DNA from: a virus
Lineage: Duplodnaviria > Caudoviricetes
Direction: 5' to 3' (one strand)
Length of the DNA stretch: 61,928 nucleotides
Virus record (IMG/VR): IMGVR_UViG_3300018089_000002
Coordinates: 1 to 61,928 of that record
The position numbers were made by a program, and so were the translations under genes. The notes under the pieces are model-generated. The model worked only from the letters and a program-made list of their open reading frames with translations, was not told the origin of the DNA and did no database searches. Positions 55,453-61,928 of this stretch are shown in pieces. Each line of letters begins with the position of its first letter. Position 1 is the stretch's first letter.

Positions 55453-55677
55453 TCAGCCCTGCCAGATGCCGAGAACGCACGTGGCGTTGATGTTGCCAGT
55501 CTGTAGGTGCCACGACAACGCATGTCCGGCGTGCCGCTCTGCGATCCGCAGAACCTCGATCCCGTCGTAATGGCTGCGAACGGTACTGACAACCTCCGAA
55601 TCGTGCCAGATCTCCCAGGGACCGTCATCGTCGTCGTTCTTCGTCACGATCCAGACGTCGACTGTGGTTTCGCTCAC
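55453..55677 (-). CDS. hypothetical protein
   Basis: GTGA overlap. Confidence 0.5.
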   Translation of the reverse strand: MSETTVDVWIVTKNDDDDGPWEIWHDSEVVSTVRSHYDGIEVLRIAERHAGHALSWHLQTGNINATCVLGIWQG

Positions 55678-55856
55678 CGTGCACTCGTCTTGTGGTTGAT
55701 CGAGTCCAATTCATGGAGAATCGATACAAGAAGCATCGTCTGTGCCTCAGCGAGCATTGCCATCCGACGATCATGATTCATGGTGGCACGCGCGTCCTTG
55801 ATAACCTCCAGTGCTGAGTCAGCTACTCGTTGCCATGCTGTTCCTTGCTCTTCCAT
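55674..55856 (-). CDS. hypothetical protein
   Basis: GGAG RBS. Confidence 0.55.
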   Translation of the reverse strand: MEEQGTAWQRVADSALEVIKDARATMNHDRRMAMLAEAQTMLLVSILHELDSINHKTSAR

Positions 55857-55873
55857 GCCACTTCTCCCTTGTC

Positions 55874-56152
55874 TCAGGCCAGCGCGTCAAGGATGCGCTT
55901 GCGTAGGTTCTTGCCCTTCAGGTACTCGGAACGGCCGCTGATGACGGTCGCGGAGCGAAGCAGCCGACCATCCGCCGTGATGTCGATTGCCACCGAGTCG
56001 GTGCCGCGCCGCATCGAGAGGAACGTAGCGTCCACGTCGAACGAGATCGTCCAGCCGCGCGAGGTAGCGAGATCCGTGATGTCCTGAACAGCGGCCTTGC
56101 GAGCGTCGATCCGCTCCTGCTCGATGTCCTGAAAGTTCATCATCTCTGCCAC
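55874..56152 (-). CDS. hypothetical protein
   Basis: promoter TTGTGC-N18-TAGGCT and purine-rich leader upstream. Confidence 0.65.
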   Translation of the reverse strand: MAEMMNFQDIEQERIDARKAAVQDITDLATSRGWTISFDVDATFLSMRRGTDSVAIDITADGRLLRSATVISGRSEYLKGKNLRKRILDALA

Positions 56153-56243
56153 TCCGTCCGCTCGCTCTTCCGTTTTCCTTCTTCCTTACGTGTAGAGCCT
56201 ACCACGAGTGTGCATCGACGCACAAGCCGGCCGGCTTGCGTCG

Positions 56244-56465
56244 TTACTCTTCCTTCGTCGTCTCGTCACTCGTCACAGTTGTCAACGCCAGCTTGCGCGC
56301 CACCAGGCAGGTGGTGACCATCGATGCTGCCGCGCGCTCGATCTCCTCGAGCGGCCGGCACATCATCTCGAAGTCTGGCACGAACAGCACGATCTCAGTT
56401 CCCGTTCGCACGTCTCCGGTTACCTGAGATCGGCGGTGTGCGCCTCTGGACTGGATCTGCACCAC
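56244..56465 (-). CDS. hypothetical protein
   Basis: AAGGAG RBS before GTG. Confidence 0.55.
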   Translation of the reverse strand: MVQIQSRGAHRRSQVTGDVRTGTEIVLFVPDFEMMCRPLEEIERAAASMVTTCLVARKLALTTVTSDETTKEE

Positions 56466-56486
56466 AACTCCTTTTCCTTAGTCTCG

Positions 56487-56753
56487 TTACAGCGTGTCTA
56501 GTAGTTCCTTCGCTCGCTTGCTATGCCTGGTCCTGCCGTCTGCGATCTCCTGCAAGAAGTCGAGAATCTCGCCGTCGAGCGGAACAGCGTCGAGCGTCAC
56601 GCCGAGCGTCACGACCGACGGACGGACGTCTACGTCGACCAAGGAGAACTCCGCGACTGCATCACCGTTGTTCTCAACCACTTCCAGGCTTGTATCCGGA
56701 GCCGCGCTGGAGAGTGCGCCTATCAGGTCACCAACCGTACGGAGAGCAAGCAT
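56487..56753 (-). CDS. hypothetical protein
   Basis: LRTVGDLI motif; operonic. Confidence 0.6.
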   Translation of the reverse strand: MLALRTVGDLIGALSSAAPDTSLEVVENNGDAVAEFSLVDVDVRPSVVTLGVTLDAVPLDGEILDFLQEIADGRTRHSKRAKELLDTL

Positions 56754-56771
56754 CGTCGTACTTCTTCCTGC

Positions 56772-56957
56772 TCAGGATACAATCGCATAGAGTCTATCTT
56801 GAATTTCTTTCAGATTCTCTTGATCGAAAAGACTGTGATCGGCAGTCTCAGCGCTTGGCACAACTTCGTCCATAGCGTCGAGCACATCGCTGTAGTCGAA
56901 GCCTTTGGCCTCGAAGTAAGCGTGTACCTCGCGGGGAATGTACAATCGACGGCTCAT
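56772..56957 (-). CDS. hypothetical protein
   Basis: AAGGA RBS. Confidence 0.55.
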   Translation of the reverse strand: MSRRLYIPREVHAYFEAKGFDYSDVLDAMDEVVPSAETADHSLFDQENLKEIQDRLYAIVS

Positions 56958-56959
56958 CG

Positions 56960-57391
56960 TTATCCTTCTTCCTCGTCCTTGCTTCCTTGTTCCTGCGTGT
57001 AGCCTAACACGTTCAAGTCTTCTTCGTCAACTTCCATCACTTCGAGCGTCCCGGGCGTGATGATGAAAAACTCCTGTGTGTCGACCAGACCACCAGGATG
57101 CACACCTCGGAGCCAGCGGTAGGTCCGCGTATACGGCTCGCCGATCTCGCGTGCGATGTCCGCGATTGGACGGCCGGCGAAGCGCATGTGAAGCGCACGA
57201 AGGCAATGAGACACTTCACGCACGCGCTGTTCCGCTTGTTCCGCTGTATCTACGACCTTGCTCACGTTCTGCCGGAGCGGTGGACGATGCCAGACGTCGG
57301 GACGAACGTAGAGCTTTCGACCGTCCGCGAGTTCGTCAACTAGGACCAGTTGGTTGAACATGACACGCGTGAGGCGCCGTTCCTTTGTCAT
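56960..57391 (-). CDS. helix-turn-helix protein
   Basis: GRPIADIAREIGEPYTRTYRWL; ATG after AAAGGA. Confidence 0.7.
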   Translation of the reverse strand: MTKERRLTRVMFNQLVLVDELADGRKLYVRPDVWHRPPLRQNVSKVVDTAEQAEQRVREVSHCLRALHMRFAGRPIADIAREIGEPYTRTYRWLRGVHPGGLVDTQEFFIITPGTLEVMEVDEEDLNVLGYTQEQGSKDEEEG

Positions 57392-57475
57392 CTGAGCATC
57401 CTTTTCGCGAAAGCGTAAATTAAACGATGTCCGATATGTACCTATTTCAGGACACGTGATCTTGATGCTCTCTCC

Positions 57476-57803
57476 GTCCGGACCCCGCCGCCCCATGGAC
57501 ACCCCCGACTCTAAAGAGTCGGGGGGTTGTGTCCATGGTTCGGGCCGGCGTGGCTGTCCATGGTGCGTCCATGGTGCGTGTCCATGGTTTGACCTGCGGT
57601 TTCGTGAAAAACCGGTGATCTTGTCCATGGAGTGTCCATGGTTTCGTCCATGGACACGAAAAGATGATCTTGTCCAAGGTGGTGTCCATGGTGCGTCCAT
57701 GGTCGCCGGCTCCCCGATTTCCGTGTTTCACCAGGTCACATACCTACGTGGGTACCAGCGCGAAACGATCTTGTCCGCCGGGTGTCCATGGTGTGTCCAT
57801 GGA
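57476..57803. repeat. GTCCATGG iteron-like array, candidate replication origin
   Basis: 12 CCATGG plus one CCAAGG, GATCTTG sub-repeats and a hairpin near 57503-57526; intergenic, close to the primase-helicase gene. Confidence 0.75.
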
Positions 57804-57831
57804 CGATTAGTTACCAAGTAACTACGCATAG

Positions 57832-58260
57832 TCACTGTTCCACTTCGTCTAAATCTGCTTCATGCCTGTCTAGAAGTGCGCGTCCAAGTTCTCCAGGCCA
57901 TCCACCGCAAGCAGCCATCAGTTGTGAACCCTTGTGGTTACCCGTAGTTAGGTTGAAGTGAAAGCCACAAAGTGAACACCACATGAAGATACGAACAAAT
58001 CCACCTCTTGTGCGCAACTGATTATCGTCTTCGTAATCGTCGTGGTCTGTACGTACTTCTATGCTGTTTTCGAGAGTTTCGATACCACAGTATTCACCAC
58101 AAGAAGGGCAGCATAGATTCCCACGAGCAGTAAACACAGGCATCTGGACCAGTTCCTCCGTACTACGCCGTTCACTCTCCCTGCTCACTTTGTCACGTAC
58201 AGTCTTGTCTTCTGCAGCCGTTACCGCAGCGTGTGCCCATTCGATCATTTCATCAGTCAT
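57832..58260 (-). CDS. hypothetical zinc-binding protein
   Basis: CPSCG, CSLCG, HKG motifs. Confidence 0.65.
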   Translation of the reverse strand: MTDEMIEWAHAAVTAAEDKTVRDKVSRESERRSTEELVQMPVFTARGNLCCPSCGEYCGIETLENSIEVRTDHDDYEDDNQLRTRGGFVRIFMWCSLCGFHFNLTTGNHKGSQLMAACGGWPGELGRALLDRHEADLDEVEQ

Positions 58261-58267
58261 TTCTTAC

Positions 58268-60472
58268 TCACATCCCGAAGTCGTTGTCAGGTTCATCCTG
58301 TTGGTGTGCCCAGATAGCCGCAGCCGTCAGGTAGTACGTATTCGATCCGAGCTTTCCCTCCGCATCCTTTGTACGAGAAACCTTCGCGACGAGTGGCGTA
58401 TCCAGTTTCAGCAACTTGTCAAGCTTTCGCTGAATACGCTTCACGTCACGCTCTAGCGGCTCGCTGTCTCCGCACAGCATCCGCCGAGCGAGGGAAGCAG
58501 CCGTTACGCCGGCTTCCGGCCGTACCGCGCCAGCCTGGTACATGACGTAGCGCAGTCCTGTGTTCTCCTCGAAGATGACACTTGTTCCGGTCGCGTGATT
58601 GTGGCGCACGCTCAGTGGACCGACTTCCATCACAGGCTGTTTGAGATGCTTCATCTCGATGTTGCCATCGCCCGGCTCACCTTCGAGCGCAAACACCGAA
58701 CCGAGACCGCTGGTCAACCATGTCGAACCATAGATGTCGTCCAGCTTGTGATGACGATGCTCGCCGTTCGATGCCTTGCGCTCGTGGTGAAGCAGCATCA
58801 TGTCGATGTCTCGCGCGATGACCTCTTGCCACGCCAAGTTCAGCGCCGCACCGACTTCGTCCTTCGAGATACCGGGCGCAAGGTCTTTCACGGAGTCCAC
58901 CACAACGACCGCACAGCCCGGACACTGCTCCTGTACGAAGTCCGCAAATCCCGTCGTACTCGCGAGGATGTTGAACGGAAGCGGACCGCGCCAGATCACC
59001 AGACGCTCGCGCAGCACGTCCAGCGCCGACTTGTCCACCATCCGGCGAAGTGAGCGCATCGCCTGGTGCGGCCGGTCGAGTGCGAGATAGAGCACCTTCG
59101 ACTCTTCCGGCAGCCTGCGCACCGGATGTCCGAGGAAGTCATCCGAACGCACACCGATCAGATGCAATATCAACTGCTGTGCGATCGTCGTCTTGCCAAC
59201 GCCCTGCTGGCTTGCGAGCATGACCGCTTCGCCACAGGACCACAAGATTTGATCGCCAGAACCCCACAAGCAAGGCGTGTCCTCCGGTTCATCGAAGATG
59301 GCCTCACCCGTGACACGACGGTCCGCCGTATCGACTTCGTTCCGCGCGGATGCAGCCTCTATGTCGTCTACTAGTTTTCGTATCTTCCGGCGTCGTAGTT
59401 CCTTCTCAACTTCTGCCAGTTCTTCCTCGGACGGACGTTCTTCCAGACCCTCTACGAAGTCCCAGGGAATCTCTCTGTACTCAACACGCCACTTGATACA
59501 GCTATTGACGATCTGCCAGAGATCGTCATCTTCCCATGGACGTGCAGGATCAAGCGTCGGCAGGTTCTTCATTACCATACGAGCAAGCGCAATGACTTCT
59601 TCAGGCGTCCGCCCCATGTTGAACAGCCAGCCGATACCGCGCAACAGGTAGTTTCGTTGTGTCACGTCGGCCGATGCGTCAACGTTCTGTGCGTTGCGCA
59701 GCCATGCCGCGATGTCCACCCGTGCTGGTTTGTAGCCTTCAGCGTTCGGGTCTCCGGGCAGCATGTACGAACTAGACGAGTGTCCGACACGAACGGTGTA
59801 ACTCTTGACGATCTCGTCCGGCTCTCCGAACAAGTCATCCGTGGTCCAGACGTACCGATCGTTATTGATCGTGCTCGGTGACGCAACGATGTAGCCGTTG
59901 TGCTTGATGGTCGTTCCCGCGATGCCGTCACCCGGTCGCTCAGCCGTGTTCACACCGATGTTGCCGGCGAAGCCTGTTCCGTTGACACTCGTGGCGGACA
60001 GTAGGTAGTGATGCGCGGGATTGGCTGCACTGTGGCTCGCGGTCTGCTGGATCAGGAACTTCGGTAGTGGCGCATCACCCGATGCGTACGCAGGCCACTC
60101 GGCCGGCTCGAGCTTCGGAGATTGCCTGTTGCTGCCACTGTCCACATCGAGCACGAAGAAGCCCGATCGGTCACAGGCGATGCCGATGTTCATGTCCGGA
60201 TGCTCGTCCCACCAACGCATGACCGTAGGCACGTCGTTGGTGGCGTCGTCCTTGCCGTTCGGTGCTAGAACCGTGAACGGATGTTTACCGGGAGATCGAC
60301 ATGTCTTCTGATCCTTGCCACACGAGCACAGCCGTTGCCGCACCGTGTGCAGCGGCAGGACGTACCAACCCATCTGCGCGTACGCGATAGCTGCCGCACG
60401 CTTGGACATGCTGTTGAGTCGCAGCATCCCCCGCTGTGCGTCCCCCGGAGTTGCTGTTCCGCTGCTGGTCAC
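58268..60472 (-). CDS. bifunctional primase-polymerase (Prim-Pol) fused to AAA_25/RepA-like helicase
   Basis: GWYVLPL, PGKHP, NIGIA..VLDVD; QQGVGKTT, VVVDS, LHHERK, YGS. Confidence 0.9.
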   Translation of the reverse strand: MTSSGTATPGDAQRGMLRLNSMSKRAAAIAYAQMGWYVLPLHTVRQRLCSCGKDQKTCRSPGKHPFTVLAPNGKDDATNDVPTVMRWWDEHPDMNIGIACDRSGFFVLDVDSGSNRQSPKLEPAEWPAYASGDAPLPKFLIQQTASHSAANPAHHYLLSATSVNGTGFAGNIGVNTAERPGDGIAGTTIKHNGYIVASPSTINNDRYVWTTDDLFGEPDEIVKSYTVRVGHSSSSYMLPGDPNAEGYKPARVDIAAWLRNAQNVDASADVTQRNYLLRGIGWLFNMGRTPEEVIALARMVMKNLPTLDPARPWEDDDLWQIVNSCIKWRVEYREIPWDFVEGLEERPSEEELAEVEKELRRRKIRKLVDDIEAASARNEVDTADRRVTGEAIFDEPEDTPCLWGSGDQILWSCGEAVMLASQQGVGKTTIAQQLILHLIGVRSDDFLGHPVRRLPEESKVLYLALDRPHQAMRSLRRMVDKSALDVLRERLVIWRGPLPFNILASTTGFADFVQEQCPGCAVVVVDSVKDLAPGISKDEVGAALNLAWQEVIARDIDMMLLHHERKASNGEHRHHKLDDIYGSTWLTSGLGSVFALEGEPGDGNIEMKHLKQPVMEVGPLSVRHNHATGTSVIFEENTGLRYVMYQAGAVRPEAGVTAASLARRMLCGDSEPLERDVKRIQRKLDKLLKLDTPLVAKVSRTKDAEGKLGSNTYYLTAAAIWAHQQDEPDNDFGM

Positions 60473-60571
60473 CTAGAATGGCTCCTGTCTGGCAGAGACG
60501 CTTTGGCGCCCGATCCGTTAGCGCGGTCGGGCGTCACTCTTTTGCGCGCCGTTACGCACAAGTGGTGTTGA

Positions 60572-60775
60572 TTAATTGAACACGATTGCTTCCGCTTCCT
60601 TGGTCAGTTCGTCCGCAATCTTCCTGTGGTCCTCCGCCTGCGCGAGCAGCATCGACTTTCGTGCTTCGTCTACCTCTCGCTGTCGCGACGGATCAGTCTT
60701 CAGAACACGTGCAAGCGCGCCGAGACGCGCATGATATTTGCGGGTTTCAGCAGAGTACTTGATCGGAGTGGGCAC
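60572..60775 (-). CDS. small basic helical protein upstream of primase
   Basis: GTG after GAAGGGA; extended -10 TGTGGTAGGAT. Confidence 0.6.
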   Translation of the reverse strand: MPTPIKYSAETRKYHARLGALARVLKTDPSRQREVDEARKSMLLAQAEDHRKIADELTKEAEAIVFN

Positions 60776-60991
60776 AACTGTTCCCTTCACAGAGGCCGGC
60801 CGCCCCGGGTGACGGCGGTAGTCCATCCTACCACATGCCCCCGGCGGGAGCTACGCATGCCCTCCGTACGGGCAACCGCTTCAAGATCACATCACCCCAC
60901 CGTGCCGGATCCCTGCCCGCCGGCCGTCCCCACCGTGCACACTAGGCGCAAGCCGCTTTCGCGCATTGACACCTTGTGCACGGAGTCCCCT

Positions 60992-61285
60992 TTGTCCAGA
61001 GATAACACAGTTTTCTTCGGTATCGCCATCGTGCCGATCATCCTGCTTCTCGGCACCATCGTCGGCGTGATCTGGCGTGCTGCCGCGCGCATCACACGGA
61101 TGCAGGACGAGATCCGGGGCATCGCGCAGGACATGCACGAGATGGGTGAGGCGAAGGACAAGTTTCACGCCACGCTCGTTGCTCAGATGACGGAAGACCG
61201 ATCCGTGAACGATCGAAGACTTCGCTTCATCGAGGAACACTGGATGCGCATCGGTCGGGAACATGAGCACAGGGAGGACACGTGA
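60992..61285 (+). CDS. single-pass membrane protein with coiled coil
   Basis: TTG after GGAG; TM helix FFGIAIVPIILLLGTIVGVIW. Confidence 0.65.
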   Translation: MSRDNTVFFGIAIVPIILLLGTIVGVIWRAAARITRMQDEIRGIAQDMHEMGEAKDKFHATLVAQMTEDRSVNDRRLRFIEEHWMRIGREHEHREDT

Positions 61286-61728
61286 TGTCCTTCCACTACG
61301 AACCGCACCCACGCACGCACCAGCGCCGCGAGCAGGGCCCGCCGCTGCACGAGGACGTGCACCTTCAGGTGCACGGGCTCTCGGCGCTCGGCCGGCTCAA
61401 CGCCAGAATCGGTCTGCGCGTGACGCTTGTGGTGGGCACGATGTGGTGCGCGTATGCCTTCACGCTGCTCGCACTGGTCGCGCTCCCCGGCGCTGTCGGC
61501 TCGCACAATCCAGTCGTGATCGTCGCCTGGATCTCACAATCATTTGTCCAACTTGTTCTGCTGCCAATCATCATGGTTGGACAGTCCGCACAAGCCGCAG
61601 CGGGCGACGCCCGATCTCAAGCGACGTACGACGACGCGACCGCAATTCTGCATGAAGTGCGTCAGATCCAGTCTCATCTTTTAGAACTGCATAGTGATAT
61701 CGCAAATCTGCGAAAAACGACGACTTGA
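61285..61728 (+). CDS. DUF1003-like membrane protein
   Basis: VGTMWCAYAF..WISQSFVQLVLLPIIMVGQ. Confidence 0.7.
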   Translation: MSFHYEPHPRTHQRREQGPPLHEDVHLQVHGLSALGRLNARIGLRVTLVVGTMWCAYAFTLLALVALPGAVGSHNPVVIVAWISQSFVQLVLLPIIMVGQSAQAAAGDARSQATYDDATAILHEVRQIQSHLLELHSDIANLRKTTT

Positions 61729-61770
61729 CAATCACGCAAGGACAGGAGTAGGGTCTTATCTATCAGGAAC
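61725..61770 (+). promoter_or_regulatory. cassette promoter G
   Basis: TTGACA-N18-TAGGGT-CTTATCTATCAGGAAC. Confidence 0.8.
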
Positions 61771-61793
61771 AAGGAATAAGGGAGATGGAAACG

Positions 61794-61928
61794 ATGGCGA
61801 AGTACCTGGTGCGCTATACCACAGTGATCAGCCTGACCGTCACGATCGATGCCGACGACGAAGACCTCGCAGCTGATTTGTCGTGGGACAAGGCCGAGGA
61901 GTACCTGAATACCGTGAACGGCGACCAC
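61794..61928 (+). CDS. hypothetical protein, truncated by window end
   Basis: MAKYLVRYTTVISL..; open to the end; behind cassette promoter. Confidence 0.6.
   Translation, partial: MAKYLVRYTTVISLTVTIDADDEDLAADLSWDKAEEYLNTVNGDH

Noticed and set aside
57392-57700. N-terminal PWT/MDT/HG repeats of ORFs 56960-57700 and 57447-57731
   Set aside because: These are translations of the GTCCATGG DNA array; the HTH gene has a good RBS at ATG 57391
57476-57803. Possible CRISPR array
   Set aside because: Repeats are only 8-9 bp with irregular short spacing and no 25-45 nt unique spacers
1-61928. tRNA/rRNA genes, integrase/att sites, diversity-generating retroelement
   Set aside because: No cloverleaf, recombinase or reverse-transcriptase motifs seen by eye; tRNAscan and HMM searches are needed to exclude them formally
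61794-61928. Circular closure of the window end onto position 1
   Set aside because: Joining gives a short in-frame stop, but there is no terminal repeat to support it

Overview
The window looks like most or all of the genome of a high-GC, tailed (siphovirus-like) phage of actinobacteria, probably with a filamentous actinomycete host (inference). The + strand (1-11.1 kb) carries a replication/recombination operon: SLOG protein, family A DNA polymerase, two low-GC DNA methyltransferases, RuvC-like resolvase, SNF2 helicase with an HNH intein, Cas4-like exonuclease, Sak4-like ATPase and SSB. An accessory region (11.1-15.6 kb) is built from repeated promoter/microgene/terminator cassettes. The - strand (15.7-46 kb) carries lysis, tail, head and terminase genes. 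Beyond that lie many small genes, a CCATGG iteron-like array and a Prim-Pol/helicase. The most striking feature is a Streptomyces-plasmid/AICE-type conjugation-like module at 47.6-52.7 kb: FtsK/TraB translocase, DUF2637 Spd-like membrane protein, RHH regulator, and an HNH nuclease carrying a copy of the translocase's own C-terminal DNA-binding domain. I saw no integrase, tRNA, rRNA or CRISPR array. All assignments come from reading motifs by eye; no database searches were run.
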